The notes under the pieces were generated by a model that saw only the letters and a list, made by a program, of their open reading frames with translations, had not been told where the DNA came from and did no database searches. A program made the position numbers and the translations under genes. Of a stretch of 64,000 nucleotides of DNA, positions 53,916 through 64,000 are shown piece by piece. The stretch is from Erythrobacter sp. (lineage in GTDB: Bacteria; Pseudomonadota; Alphaproteobacteria; Sphingomonadales; Sphingomonadaceae), in contig JBAZTF010000002.1 of assembly GCA_041662105.1 (NCBI GenBank), forward strand, positions 133,377 to 197,376, given 5' to 3'. Within the stretch, counting starts at the first letter, position 1. Every line of letters begins with the position of its first letter.

Positions 53916-55655
53916 TCAACCGGCCAGCTGCGCCGCATCGAGCGTATAGAGCCCGGCGGCACCGGCGGTGGCCGATATGCGCTGCCCCGAGGCCTCGGGC
54001 ACGATCCGCTCGAGGAAGAAGCGCACGCTGGCGCGCTTCGAGGCAGCAAGCGCGGGCGAGGAACCGCCCTCTACCGCGCGCAGCTGGCGCAGCATCTGCC
54101 AGCCCGCGACAGCAACCGCGAGCATGGTGCAGAACGGCACCGCACCCGCCAGCCGGTCATCGAGGCCCGCATCGGACCGGAGCCATTCGGCCACCTCCGC
54201 GCAATCCCGCGCCAGTGCCACCAGCGTGGGCTCACCGGCACCGTCGCGCGCCACATCGGCAATCAGGCCCATCAGGACTTCGCCGCCCTCCATGCCAAGC
54301 TTGCGCGTGACGAGGTCGGCAGCCTGGATGCCGTTGGTGCCTTCGTAAATCGGCGCGATGCGCGAATCACGCCAGTGCTGCGCCGCGCCCGTCTCCTCGA
54401 TGAAGCCCATGCCGCCATGGACCTGCACACCAAGGCTGGCCACTTCGATGCCCGCATCGGTGCCCCAGGCCTTGATCAGCGGGGTCAGCACCTCGCCGCG
54501 CGCCGCCGCCGCGCCATCGCCCAATGTGCCGCGATCGACCTGTCCGGCGGTGTAGTAGAGCAAGGCGCGCGCGCCCTCGGTCAGCGCCTTCATCCGCAGC
54601 AGCATGCGGCGCACGTCGGGATGCCCGATGATCGCCACGGGTGCGCGATCGGGCGATCCGGCGCGCGCCGACTGGACCCGCTCGCGGGCATAGGCGAGTG
54701 CTTGCTGCGTCGCGCGCTCGCCGACCTGCACACCCTGGTTACCGACATTGATGCGCGCATTGTTCATCATCGTGAACATCGCGGCGAGCCCGCGATTGGG
54801 CGCGCCGACCAGCTCGCCGATGCATTCGCCATTATCGCCATAGCTCATCACGCAGGTCGGCGAGGCATTGATGCCGAGCTTGTGTTCGATGCTGACGCAG
54901 CGCAGGTCGTTGCGCGCGCCGAGCGAACCATCGGCATTCACATGGTACTTCGGTACGACGAACAGCGAGATGCCGCGGCTTCCCTCGGGCGCATCGGGCA
55001 GGCGTGCCAGCACGAGGTGGATGATGTTCCGCGACAGATCATGCTCGCCCCAGGTGATGAAGATCTTGGTTCCGGCGATGCGATACTTGCCGACGTGTTC
55101 TCCCGCGCTGATCGGCATTGCGGTTGTCCGCAGCGCACCGACGTCGGAGCCGGCCTGCGGCTCGGTCAGGTTCATCGTGCCCGACCATTCGCCGCTAACC
55201 AGCCGGGGCAGGTATTTCTGGCGCAGCTCCTCGCTGCCATGGTGTTCGAGCGCCTCGATCGCGCCGACGCTGAGCATGGGCAGGAGATTGAAGGCCATGT
55301 TCGCCGTGCCGAGGTTCTCGAGCACGTTGCAGGCGAGCGTGAAGGGCAGGCCCTGACCGCCGAAATCGACCGGACCCGCGATGGCGTTCCACCCCTGCTC
55401 GACATAGGCCTGATAGGCTTCGGCAAAGCCTTCGGGCAGGCGCACCACACCGTTTTCCAACTGTGCGCCTTCGAGGTCCCCGATGCGATTGAGCGGCGCC
55501 CATTCACCGGCGGCGAACTGGCCAATCCCTTCTACTATGGCTTCGACCATATCGGGTTCGGCGGCGGCGAAGCGCGCGCTCTGCGAAAGGCCCTCGATCC
55601 CTGCGTTGATGCGGATGGCGAGCAGCTGGTCCTGGGTGGCGGCAACGTAGGTCAC
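53916..55655 (-). CDS. Acyl-CoA dehydrogenase
   Basis: TMNLTEPQAGSD, GTKIFITWGEHD, EHKLGINASPT, MFTMMN.AR, QVHGGMGFIEE, IYEGTNGIQA. Confidence 0.92.
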   Translation of the reverse strand: MTYVAATQDQLLAIRINAGIEGLSQSARFAAAEPDMVEAIVEGIGQFAAGEWAPLNRIGDLEGAQLENGVVRLPEGFAEAYQAYVEQGWNAIAGPVDFGGQGLPFTLACNVLENLGTANMAFNLLPMLSVGAIEALEHHGSEELRQKYLPRLVSGEWSGTMNLTEPQAGSDVGALRTTAMPISAGEHVGKYRIAGTKIFITWGEHDLSRNIIHLVLARLPDAPEGSRGISLFVVPKYHVNADGSLGARNDLRCVSIEHKLGINASPTCVMSYGDNGECIGELVGAPNRGLAAMFTMMNNARINVGNQGVQVGERATQQALAYARERVQSARAGSPDRAPVAIIGHPDVRRMLLRMKALTEGARALLYYTAGQVDRGTLGDGAAAARGEVLTPLIKAWGTDAGIEVASLGVQVHGGMGFIEETGAAQHWRDSRIAPIYEGTNGIQAADLVTRKLGMEGGEVLMGLIADVARDGAGEPTLVALARDCAEVAEWLRSDAGLDDRLAGAVPFCTMLAVAVAGWQMLRQLRAVEGGSSPALAASKRASVRFFLERIVPEASGQRISATAGAAGLYTLDAAQLAG

Positions 55656-55701
55656 GGGCATTCCTCTTGGCTTTGCGCGGTTCCAGATATAGCGCGCGGG
55701 C

Positions 55702-56628
55702 ATGACCGGCAAATACGCTACGGAACTGCTTGGGCCAGATGCCGCGGGACTCGCCCGTGCGGCGCAGATTCTGCGTGAGGGCGGACTGGTGGCGGTGCCG
55801 ACCGAGACGGTCTACGGCCTCGCCGCGCGCGCCGACAGCGAAGCGGCGGTGGCGCGTATCTATGAAGCAAAGCGTCGGCCAAGCTTCAACCCGCTGATCG
55901 TGCACATCGCTTCGCTCGACAAGGCGCGTGAACTGGCACAGCTCTCCCCAGAGGCAGTGGAACTGGCCGAACGCCATTGGCCGGGGCCGCTCACGCTGGT
56001 CCTTCCCCTCCGCCGCGACGCCGCATTGGCGGCCGCGGTGACGGCGGGGCTGGAAACCATTGCCCTGCGCGTGCCAGCGCACCCCGTGATGCGCGACTTG
56101 CTCGTTTCACTCGAATTTCCGCTCGCCGCCCCTTCCGCCAATCGCAGCGGTTTCATCAGCCCGACCACGGCGGGGCATGTACTCGCTTCGCTCGATGGGC
56201 GGATCGATGCGGTGATCGACGGCGGTGCCTGCCGCGCGGGGGTCGAATCGACGATCGTGGCCGTGCGCGCGGATGGAACGCTGAATGTGCTGCGTCCTGG
56301 GCCAATCGTGCTGGGCGCGGTTGCGCGCGGTGCGGGCATCGAGGCACCTGGGCAGCTTGCCAGCCACTATGCCCCGGGCAAGCCGGTGCGCCTCGACGCG
56401 GTCGAAGTCGCGTCGGACGACTTCCATATCGGCTTCGGCGCGATTGGCGGCGACTGCACGCTTTCCCCGTCCGGCAATCTCGCCGAGGCGGCGGCGCGGC
56501 TCTATGCCTGCCTCCACGAAGGGGCGCGTTCGGACAAGCCGCGCATCGCGGTCGCACCGATACCGCATGCGGGGATCGGCATCGCCATCAACGACCGGCT
56601 GCGCCGCGCGGCGACGCCGCCCGAATGA
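55702..56628 (+). CDS. tsaC: L-threonylcarbamoyladenylate synthase (Sua5/TsaC)
   Basis: PTETVYGL, K.RPSFNPLIVH, WPGPLT, AAPSANRSG, ESTI; Sua5 C-terminal PGQLASHYAP. Confidence 0.93.
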   Translation: MTGKYATELLGPDAAGLARAAQILREGGLVAVPTETVYGLAARADSEAAVARIYEAKRRPSFNPLIVHIASLDKARELAQLSPEAVELAERHWPGPLTLVLPLRRDAALAAAVTAGLETIALRVPAHPVMRDLLVSLEFPLAAPSANRSGFISPTTAGHVLASLDGRIDAVIDGGACRAGVESTIVAVRADGTLNVLRPGPIVLGAVARGAGIEAPGQLASHYAPGKPVRLDAVEVASDDFHIGFGAIGGDCTLSPSGNLAEAAARLYACLHEGARSDKPRIAVAPIPHAGIGIAINDRLRRAATPPE

Positions 56629-56961
56629 TCAATCGCCTTCGGGTTCCACCGGCACACTCGGCGCGGCCCGCTGGATTTCGGCATAGGTGGCGCGCGCCGC
56701 GTCGCAGGCCAGCCGATTGCCCTTCTGGCACAGGTCGAGCTGTTCTTCATATTGCCGCTGGAGCTTGCCGAGCCGCTCTTCGCGCTGGCGAATTTCGCGC
56801 CCGCGCTTCTCGTCGGCCTCGGACTGGCTGGTCGTGGCGACATCGACCCCCTTGCCGACCACGCGCACCGGCGCTGTGGCGACATCGAAGGCTGCCTTGG
56901 CAAGACACCCCTGCAGCATGAGTGCGGTGGGCAGGAGGGCAAAAAGAGCTAGGCGGCGCAT
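56629..56961 (-). CDS. Hypothetical lipoprotein
   Basis: MRRLALFALLPTALMLQGC lipobox, coiled-coil C-terminus. Confidence 0.7.
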   Translation of the reverse strand: MRRLALFALLPTALMLQGCLAKAAFDVATAPVRVVGKGVDVATTSQSEADEKRGREIRQREERLGKLQRQYEEQLDLCQKGNRLACDAARATYAEIQRAAPSVPVEPEGD

Positions 56962-57014
56962 GGGATTTCCTTCCATGCACCGCCTAGCGGAAATCGGGTG
57001 AGCCGTCGATGAAC

Positions 57015-57818
57015 TCAGGCGTCGGGCGCGTCAGGGGCTTCCGGAGCCGCCGGGGCGTCCGCCGCACCCTGGGCGGATGTGCAGTTGAGCCTGCCCGAAC
57101 CCATCGCGCTGACGGTGCAGTTCGCGCGCCCGTGCACGGTCACCATGCCCGAACCCATGATACTGGCATCGACCTTGCCGTCGGACGAGAATTCGGTGTC
57201 GCCCGATCCGGCGACCGAGATGTCGGCGGTTTCGACCTTGAGCCCGGTCATGCGCGCCCGGCCCGATCCGGCCACGGTCAGGTCGAGACTGTCGGCGGTG
57301 CCCGCGGCCTCGAAATCGCCCGATCCGGCGATGGTCAGGTCGAGCTTTTCGGCGGTCACCTTGGCGACGCTTGCCTTGCCCGACCCGGCGATCGTTACGC
57401 CGGCCTTGCCGGTAAGCGTGGCCGCCTCGACCGAACCCGATCCGGCGAGCACGATGCTCCTGAGGTCCGGCAGGGTAACGCGGATCGTCGCCGTGCCCTT
57501 GTCCTTCCAGCCATCCTTGCCGCGCACGATGCCCAGCGTATCGCCATCGAGCGAGAAGCGCAGCGCCTCGACCGCCGCCTCGTCGCCCGAGACGTCGATG
57601 CCCAGCCTGTCGCCCTCGCTGACGATGACCCGGTCGGGCCCCGCGAGCACCAGCTCGGTCGGAGCCTTGCCGTCAAGGTCGAGTTCGGACAGCGGCACGG
57701 CGTCTTCATCGCCGATACGCACATGCATTCCGTCGCAGCCCGAAACGAGCACCGCCCCGGCGAGCGCGGCGAGCGGGGCGAGCGGGGCAAGGCCCCTCAA
57801 TATCTTGTGGATCTTCAT
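57015..57818 (-). CDS. GIN-domain (DUF2807) lipoprotein
   Basis: LVSGC lipobox, repeated IAGSG/LAGSG beta-helix motifs. Confidence 0.85.
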   Translation of the reverse strand: MKIHKILRGLAPLAPLAALAGAVLVSGCDGMHVRIGDEDAVPLSELDLDGKAPTELVLAGPDRVIVSEGDRLGIDVSGDEAAVEALRFSLDGDTLGIVRGKDGWKDKGTATIRVTLPDLRSIVLAGSGSVEAATLTGKAGVTIAGSGKASVAKVTAEKLDLTIAGSGDFEAAGTADSLDLTVAGSGRARMTGLKVETADISVAGSGDTEFSSDGKVDASIMGSGMVTVHGRANCTVSAMGSGRLNCTSAQGAADAPAAPEAPDAPDA

Positions 57819-57892
57819 CGAAGCAGTTCCTTGTATACCGACACTCCGTGTTGCCGTTGTAATACAGCGAGCGTCGGCATTCAAGCCACACG

Positions 57893-57925
57893 AAAAGGGC
57901 CGCCCCCTGCGGAGCGGCCCCGATC
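57893..57925 (-). terminator. Terminator of carD
   Basis: GAAAAGGGCCGCC...GGAGCGGCCCC on the plus strand, giving a stem followed by CTTTTC on the minus strand. Confidence 0.55.
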
Positions 57926-57960
57926 GCGACATTCGTCGAACCCGGAAAGGTGCCTGTCGA

Positions 57961-58494
57961 TCAGGCCTCTTCGGTGGTTTCGTAATACTGCGGTGCGTGT
58001 TCGCGCAGCACGTCGAGGATCTTGCCCAGCGCGGTGGGTTCGTCGGTCTTTTCCATCGCCGCGAGTTCACGGGCAAGGCGGCTCGAGGCAGCTTCGAAAA
58101 TCTGGCGTTCCGAATAGCTCTGCTCGGGCTGGTCTTCGGGGCGGAACAGGTCGCGGGTCACCTCGGCGATCGACACCAGGTCGCCCGAGTTGATCTTGGC
58201 TTCGTACTCCTGTGCGCGGCGCGACCACATGGTGCGCTTGACCCTGGGCTTGCCCTTGAGCGTTTCCATCGCTTCCTTCAGCGTCTTGTCGCTCGACAGC
58301 TTGCGCATGCCGATCGATTCGACCTTGTTCACCGGAACGCGCAGGGTCATGCGTTCCTTCTCGAAGCGCAGGACGTAGAGATCGAGCTGCATGCCCGCGA
58401 TTTCCTCGCGCTGCAGCTCCACGACGCGTCCCACGCCGTGCTTGGGGTAAACAACGTAGTCGCCAACGTCGAAGGCATTCGCCTGGCTTGCCAT
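57961..58494 (-). CDS. carD: CarD/CdnL family transcription regulator
   Basis: FDVGDYVVYPKHGVG.V, LRVP, WSRRAQEYEAKINSGDL, QSYSERQIFEAA. Confidence 0.93.
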   Translation of the reverse strand: MASQANAFDVGDYVVYPKHGVGRVVELQREEIAGMQLDLYVLRFEKERMTLRVPVNKVESIGMRKLSSDKTLKEAMETLKGKPRVKRTMWSRRAQEYEAKINSGDLVSIAEVTRDLFRPEDQPEQSYSERQIFEAASSRLARELAAMEKTDEPTALGKILDVLREHAPQYYETTEEA

Positions 58495-58741
58495 GCAATC
58501 ATCCTTTCGTCCGGGCGCGGCCGGTGAGGGGCTGCAGCGTCACCAAGGGATCGTGCCGCGGCCCGGTGTGAGGAGCGCGGTCTGGAACCTTCGGTGTCGT
58601 TGCCTGGGTGGCCGGCCCTTCCAATTCTTCACAGCTGACCGGGAGCAAACCGGTGCAGTTGTTGCATTATATAGCACAGTCGCAAGAAAATTGCGAATCG
58701 CAATTGTTGCGGACCGGAATCGGGATGGTGGCGCCTGCCGA

Positions 58742-59080
58742 TCAGTCGCCTTCGCCGGGTTCGGCGGAAAAGTACTTGTCGTACTTGCCGTCCTCGCCCT
58801 TGTGCTCGTCGGCATCGGCGGGCGGTTCCTTGCTTTGCGTGATATTGGGCCATTCGGCGGAGAACTTGGTGTTGAGTTCGAGCCACGTCTCCAGCCCGTC
58901 CTCCGTATCGGGGAGAATCGCCTCGGCGGGACACTCGGGCTCGCACACGCCGCAATCGATGCATTCGCTCGGATTGATGACGAGCATGTTTTCGCCCTCG
59001 TAGAAGCAGTCGACCGGACAGACCTCGACGCAGTCTGTATACTTGCACTTGATGCAGGCGTCGGTGACGACATAGGTCAT
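58742..59080 (-). CDS. fdxA: 7Fe ferredoxin FdxA
   Basis: [29 protein letters not shown]...[12 protein letters not shown]. Confidence 0.96.
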   Translation of the reverse strand: MTYVVTDACIKCKYTDCVEVCPVDCFYEGENMLVINPSECIDCGVCEPECPAEAILPDTEDGLETWLELNTKFSAEWPNITQSKEPPADADEHKGEDGKYDKYFSAEPGEGD

Positions 59081-59132
59081 GGGTAGTCGGATCCTTGCGA
59101 AGTGTTGGCTTGAGCCCTGCTGCTAGGGCCGA

Positions 59133-59390
59133 TCATCGCCCGGGGTCAAGCTCGCGATAACAGGCCCGTGCTTCACCTGGTGGGCCACGTCGTTCGGGCA
59201 GTGCAAGGATTTCGACGAGACGCACGATCTTGCCCAACGGCACAGTCAGTATGTCGCCCACCCGCACATCGGCAGCGCCACGCATCACGCGCTCGCCGTT
59301 ACGCCGGATATGACCCCGCCCGACCAGCTTCTGCGCCGCGCTGCGTGTACGCACGAAGCGCAAATTGCACAGCAGCCGGTCGATTCTCAC
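59133..59390 (-). CDS. S4-domain RNA-binding protein (Hsp15-like)
   Basis: RIDRLL...FVRTRSAA, VRVGD.LT, LPERRGP..EA..CY. Confidence 0.85.
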   Translation of the reverse strand: MRIDRLLCNLRFVRTRSAAQKLVGRGHIRRNGERVMRGAADVRVGDILTVPLGKIVRLVEILALPERRGPPGEARACYRELDPGR

Positions 59391-59402
59391 GCCGGGACGG
59401 CC

Positions 59403-61901
59403 TCAGCGGATCAGGTCGGCCAGCGCGGCAAAGGCACTGCCCTCGCGCGGCTGGGCCGGGGCGGCGCGCTCCTGTTTGCGGCGCGACGGGCGCCATTCCC
59501 ACAGATCGGGCCGCGGCGGGCCGAAAGCACCGTCCGCCAGCGGCCTGGCGCGCTGGACGCGGAAGCCTGCGCTGCCGAGAAGGCGGATGGCGCTGTCGGG
59601 CTCGAGCCCGATCGAAACGGGCAGCGCGAGATCGAGCACGAACAGCCGCCGCCGGTCGTTCGCCTGCGCCCTGGCGCGTGCCTCGTGCGCCGCACGCAGG
59701 ACCTTCTCGGCCAGATCGATGCGGATGGCCTGATCCCCCGCCGGGCGATAGCCCGAAGGCAACTTGCCGCCGCCAGCAATCACCGGCAGCATGGCTTCAT
59801 CCAGTGGGCGCCGGTCGATCCCCAATGCGCTGAGCAGCTGCCGCGGGGCAGGCTTGAGCAGCGCGGGCGCGAAGATGTCGAGCGCGCCGAAGGTCACGCC
59901 GATCTTGCGCAGGAAGGGCCGCATCTCCTTGGGAAGGTGTTCGATGCCCGCACGCTCGCGGCTGGTGTAGCCGTGCCCGGCGATAAGGGTGAGCAGCAGC
60001 GCGCGCGCCTGCGATCCCGCCTCGGGGTCCTTCGCCGCCTTGTGCAGCCGCTCGAGCGGTTCGAGCGGAGCCAGCTTCGCGTCGAGCCATACCTCGAGAG
60101 CAGCCAGGAGCCTGTCCCGCGCTGGTCCAGGCAGCGCGGCAAGCTCGCGCGCAAGATGCAGGATCGGCGTCACGCTGCCCTCGCGGATCTCGAGCCGCGC
60201 CAGTTCCTCGCCGTGCCAGCGCAATGCGCCCCTGCCGAGTTGGACCTCTGCCAGGTCGGTTGACGCCAGCGCTTCGGCCTTCTCGCCGAGCAGGCGCGGC
60301 AGCGCCCTTTCGGCAGCGGCGAGCAGCATCCACCGATCCTCGTGGCGCGCGCCCGGATCGACCGTGAAGCGGAAACCCGTGATCGTGCCGAGATGCTCGC
60401 CGTCGGCGGTCACGCTTCCGTCCTCGGCCAGCGCGATAGGCAGCATGTCGGCGTCCTTACCCAGCGATTTCATCAGGATTGCCGTCCTCCGGTTCACGAA
60501 TCTCTCGGTCAGCCGCGCATGCAGCGCGTCCGACAGCCTGGCCTCCACGGCACGCGCCCGCGACGCCATTTCGTCACGCGCCAGCACCCAATCGGGCCGC
60601 TGGCAGATATAGGCCCAGCTGCGAATCGCCGCGATCCGCCCCTGCAACGTATCGATGTCGCCCGCCATGTTGTCGAGTTCGCTGATCCGCGCCGCGACGT
60701 AATCGGCGCCGAGGTAGCCCTGGCTCAGATCCTGCCACAAGCGCGCGACGAAGCGCGCGTGGAAATCGGGGCCGCGCTGGCGGAAATCGGGCAGCGAGCA
60801 GGCTTCCCAGAAGCGCCGGACCATGCCGGGGGTGCGCGCATTGGCTGCCACCGGATCATCTGCCAGAACCTTGAGCGTTGCCAGGTCGATCGCCTCGGGC
60901 GCAAGCCGCAGCGCCGGTTCTGTGGGTGCGGTTTCGAGATCCGCGATCAGGCACTCGAGCGAATCGAACCGCGGTTCGGCTTCGCGCCAGAACAGCTGGG
61001 TCAGCGGGGCGAAGCGGTGCTCCTCGATCGCATAGATCTCTTCGTCGGTGAATTCGGGCACGGCGCCGCGCTGCCCGGCCAGCGTGCCGAAGGTGCCGTC
61101 ACGCTGGTGGTGGCCCGCGCGCCCGGCGATCTGCGCCATCTCGGCGGGCAGCAGGCGGCGCATGCGCTGGCCGTCGAATTTGCCGAGGGCGGCAAAAGCG
61201 ACGTGGTTCACATCGAGGTTGAGCCCCATGCCGATCGCATCGGTGGCGACGATATAGTCGACCTCGCCGCTCTGGAACAGCGCGACCTGCCTGTTGCGTG
61301 TTTCCGGGCTGAGCGCGCCCATCACCACCGCCGCGCCGCCCCTGAAGCGGCGCAGCATTTCCGCCACGGCATAGACCTGCTCGGCGCTGAAGGCGACGAT
61401 GGCGCTGCGCGGCGGCAGGCGCGAGAGCTTGCGCGGGCCGATGTGCTTGAGCGTCGAGAAGCGCGGCCGGTCGGAGATTTCGGCCTTGGGGACGAGCTGG
61501 CGCACCAGCGGCTCGACCGTCGCCGAGCCGAGCAGCATGGTCTCCTCGCGTCCGCGCGTGTTGAGCAGCCGGTCGGTGAAGATATGCCCGCGCTCGCGGT
61601 CGGCGGCGAGCTGCGCCTCGTCGAGCGCGACGAAGGCGGAATTCGCCCCGTCGCGCGGCATGGCCTCGACCGTGCAGCACAGGTAGCGCGCGCCCGCTGG
61701 TTCGATCCGCTCCTCGCCGGTGATCAGCGCGACCTGGTGCGCGCCCTTGATCGCGCTGACGCGATCATAGACCTCGCGCGCCAGCAGGCGCAGCGGGAAT
61801 CCCATGCAGCCGCTCGAATGCGCCACCATGCGCTCGATCGCCAAATGCGTCTTGCCGGTATTGGTTGGCCCGAGGACCGCCTTGATCGCGCTATCCTGCA
61901 C
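59403..61901 (-). CDS. SUV3/MgpS-like SF2 helicase
   Basis: LGPTNTGKT, PLRLLARE, DEAQ, ATDAIGMGLN, QIAGRAG; helicase-S4-fdxA-carD order. Confidence 0.9.
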   Translation of the reverse strand: MQDSAIKAVLGPTNTGKTHLAIERMVAHSSGCMGFPLRLLAREVYDRVSAIKGAHQVALITGEERIEPAGARYLCCTVEAMPRDGANSAFVALDEAQLAADRERGHIFTDRLLNTRGREETMLLGSATVEPLVRQLVPKAEISDRPRFSTLKHIGPRKLSRLPPRSAIVAFSAEQVYAVAEMLRRFRGGAAVVMGALSPETRNRQVALFQSGEVDYIVATDAIGMGLNLDVNHVAFAALGKFDGQRMRRLLPAEMAQIAGRAGHHQRDGTFGTLAGQRGAVPEFTDEEIYAIEEHRFAPLTQLFWREAEPRFDSLECLIADLETAPTEPALRLAPEAIDLATLKVLADDPVAANARTPGMVRRFWEACSLPDFRQRGPDFHARFVARLWQDLSQGYLGADYVAARISELDNMAGDIDTLQGRIAAIRSWAYICQRPDWVLARDEMASRARAVEARLSDALHARLTERFVNRRTAILMKSLGKDADMLPIALAEDGSVTADGEHLGTITGFRFTVDPGARHEDRWMLLAAAERALPRLLGEKAEALASTDLAEVQLGRGALRWHGEELARLEIREGSVTPILHLARELAALPGPARDRLLAALEVWLDAKLAPLEPLERLHKAAKDPEAGSQARALLLTLIAGHGYTSRERAGIEHLPKEMRPFLRKIGVTFGALDIFAPALLKPAPRQLLSALGIDRRPLDEAMLPVIAGGGKLPSGYRPAGDQAIRIDLAEKVLRAAHEARARAQANDRRRLFVLDLALPVSIGLEPDSAIRLLGSAGFRVQRARPLADGAFGPPRPDLWEWRPSRRKQERAAPAQPREGSAFAALADLIR

Positions 61902-61992
61902 ACGACCCCTGTGGCAGCGCCGCCCGCCTGCCGCAACCGTCGGCTCCGCCATGGACTCGATTCGCCGCAAGCCGGACTCGCGTGGTCGCAAG

Positions 61993-62008
61993 TTAAGCTG
62001 GCCTTTAC
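61993..62008 (+). promoter_or_regulatory. CtrA-like binding site upstream of the M23 peptidase
   Basis: TTAA-GCTGGCC-TTTAC, one mismatch to TTAA-N7-TTAAC. Confidence 0.4.
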
Positions 62009-62096
62009 TTTGTTTCGGCAGGGAATGCGGGCAGGGACTCGCAAGGTTTGGATCGGCACGTGCGCGCGCCGTCCGGCCATGGACGGAGGGTCAGGC

Positions 62097-63707
62097 GTGT
62101 TTACGTCGCGTGAGGGCATCGATGAGGGAACCCCAGCCGGCACCGCCGGCGGACCCGGCCAGCCGGCCGCGGCGCTCGCGCATGACCAGATCATGCCTGC
62201 GGCCCCTGCTCCGCGTCTTTCATGGGACGACCTGCGCGCGCGGGTGTCGCGGCGCTTCCGCGCGCTCGACCTTACCCCCGATCTCGGTGCGGATATTGGC
62301 ACCACGCGCTGGTTTCGCGGGGTCGGCACCTTTGTCGGCCTGTCGGCCTTCGCGCTCTCGTTCTGGCCCAGCTTCGCCCCGCTCGAAGCCGCGTCCACCG
62401 GACGGATCGATGATGCGGTGCGCGACGAATACCGCAGCCAGATGATCCTGCCGCTCGCGCTGGGGGCGGACAGCGGCAGGCACATGGGGGCAACCGCGCT
62501 GGTGCAACCGTTGGCACAGGCGCCTGAACGGCCGCAGGTCGAACTGCTCGCAACGCTGGGCCGCGGCGACAGCTTCGATCGCATGCTCGACCGCGCGGGC
62601 GTGGGTGCGGGTGATGCCGGGCGCGTGCTGACCATGGTCGGCGGGGCCATCCCCTTGTCCGAAATCGAGCCGGGGACGCAGGTCGACATCACCCTGGGCC
62701 GTCGCGCCGCCCCGGGCGAGCCGCGCCCGCTAGAGAAACTCGCTTTTCGCGCGCGCTTCGATCTCGAACTCTCGGTCGGGCGCTTCGACGAAGGCGGTCC
62801 GCTGGCGCTGGTCAGGAAGCCGATCCGGGTCGACGACACCCCGCTGCGCATTCGCGGCACCGTGGGCAACAGCCTCTATCGTTCTGCGCGTGCGGCGGGC
62901 GCACCTGCCAGCGCGGTGCAGGCCTATCTCAAGACGCTCAGCCAGCAGATCGAGCTTGATCGCGACCTGCGCGCAACCGATACCTTCGACCTGATCATCG
63001 CGCATCGCCGCGCCGCCACCGGAGAGCGGCAGGCGGGGCAGCTGCTGTTCGCGGGTATCGATCGCGGCGAAAAGCCGAAGATCCAGCTGATGCGCTGGGG
63101 CCGTGACGGCGAGTTCTATGAAGCCTCGGGCGTTGGCGAACAGCGCGGCGGGCTGATGGCCCCGGTGAGCGGGCGGGCAGGATCGCGCTACGGCATGCGC
63201 CGCCACCCGATCCTGGGCTATGTCCGGATGCATTCGGGCCTCGATTACAAGGCCAGCTACGGCGCGCCGATCGTCGCGGTGACCGATGGCATTGTGCTGT
63301 CGGCGGGCCGTGCGGGCGGCTGCGGCAATGCGGTCAAGCTGGGCCACGGCGGCGGTATCCAGACGCGCTATTGCCACATGAGCCGCATGGCGGTGGGCAG
63401 CGGCCAGCAGGTCCGCCGCGGGCAGGTGATCGGCTATGTCGGATCGACCGGCCTCTCCACCGGCGCGCACCTGCATTACGAGATGTATCGCAATGGCCGC
63501 GCGGTCGATCCGGCATCGGTCAAATACGTCACCCGCGCGCAATTGTCGGGTGCGGAGCTGCAACGGTTCCGCCAGACGCTGGCGACCTTGCGCCAGGTCG
63601 AAGTGGGTGCGGCGCTCGCCGATCTCGCTCCCACTGTCAGCGAAGTCACCGCGGAAGAGCCGCGGCGCGAAATCGACAAGCTCGACGATACCAGGCCGCT
63701 GAACTGA
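62097..63707 (+). CDS. M23 (LytM) family peptidase with N-terminal membrane anchor
   Basis: GGAGGG RBS before GTG, TM helix, RRHPILGY.RMHSGLD (HxxxD), STGAHLHYE (HxH). Confidence 0.9.
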   Translation: MFTSREGIDEGTPAGTAGGPGQPAAALAHDQIMPAAPAPRLSWDDLRARVSRRFRALDLTPDLGADIGTTRWFRGVGTFVGLSAFALSFWPSFAPLEAASTGRIDDAVRDEYRSQMILPLALGADSGRHMGATALVQPLAQAPERPQVELLATLGRGDSFDRMLDRAGVGAGDAGRVLTMVGGAIPLSEIEPGTQVDITLGRRAAPGEPRPLEKLAFRARFDLELSVGRFDEGGPLALVRKPIRVDDTPLRIRGTVGNSLYRSARAAGAPASAVQAYLKTLSQQIELDRDLRATDTFDLIIAHRRAATGERQAGQLLFAGIDRGEKPKIQLMRWGRDGEFYEASGVGEQRGGLMAPVSGRAGSRYGMRRHPILGYVRMHSGLDYKASYGAPIVAVTDGIVLSAGRAGGCGNAVKLGHGGGIQTRYCHMSRMAVGSGQQVRRGQVIGYVGSTGLSTGAHLHYEMYRNGRAVDPASVKYVTRAQLSGAELQRFRQTLATLRQVEVGAALADLAPTVSEVTAEEPRREIDKLDDTRPLN

Positions 63708-63764
63708 GCCAAACCGCCGCACCGAGATTGCACCGCGTCGTCGCTTGCGGCAGAGCGCATTCGC

Positions 63765-64000
63765 ATGAGTGACGCATCCTATCCCGCGACGCGCCTGCGC
63801 CGCACCCGTGTCAGCGGCTGGAGCCGTGCCCTGCACCGCGAAACCGTGATGACCCCGGCCGACCTGATCTGGCCGCTGTTCGTTACCGGTGGTTCTGGCG
63901 CAGAAGAGCCGATCGCCAGCCTGCCCGGCGTTTCCCGCTGGTCGGTCGACGGGATCGCGCAGCGCGCGAAGGAGGCGGTCGCGCTGGGCATTCCCTGCAT
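63765..64000 (+). CDS. hemB: Porphobilinogen synthase (3' end runs off the window)
   Basis: Manual translation: MSDASYPATRLRRTR...RETVMTPADLIWPLFV...IASLPGVSRWS...AVALGIPC. Confidence 0.92.
   Translation, partial: MSDASYPATRLRRTRVSGWSRALHRETVMTPADLIWPLFVTGGSGAEEPIASLPGVSRWSVDGIAQRAKEAVALGIPC

Noticed and set aside
60342-62096. N-terminal half of the 1121-aa ORF
   Set aside because: It is antisense to the helicase; the M23 gene has its own RBS and GTG at 62097.

Overview
A GC-rich alphaproteobacterial chromosome segment. Gene content and order suggest Sphingomonadales, probably Erythrobacteraceae (inference). It spans the likely replication origin: dnaQ-coaE-aroE-maf-duf299, then an intergenic oriC candidate, then hemE-hemJ-rho, followed by mnmE-mnmG-rsmG-parA-parB with three parS sites. 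Most genes are housekeeping (heme, riboflavin, thiamine and folate synthesis, ribosomal proteins, pcm-tolC-popZ, two exonuclease III paralogs, peptidases). No rRNA, tRNA, CRISPR array or transposase was found. The main observations are as follows. (1) A modular family of short palindromic repeats joined at CTAG-like junctions sits at five loci, repeatedly overlapping TAG stop codons and carrying GANTC sites. (2) A lower-GC two-gene islet (DUF5678-like small protein plus a retropepsin-like protease) follows rho, with seven GANTC sites packed into 122 bp upstream. (3) A candidate sRNA lies between phoA and lolA. (4) Two genes are frameshifted. (5) Several regulatory motifs are visible, including Zur-like and CtrA-like boxes and a shared GTAATACAG motif. 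All product calls come from motif recognition by eye; no database search was run. Start codons were chosen by inspection.
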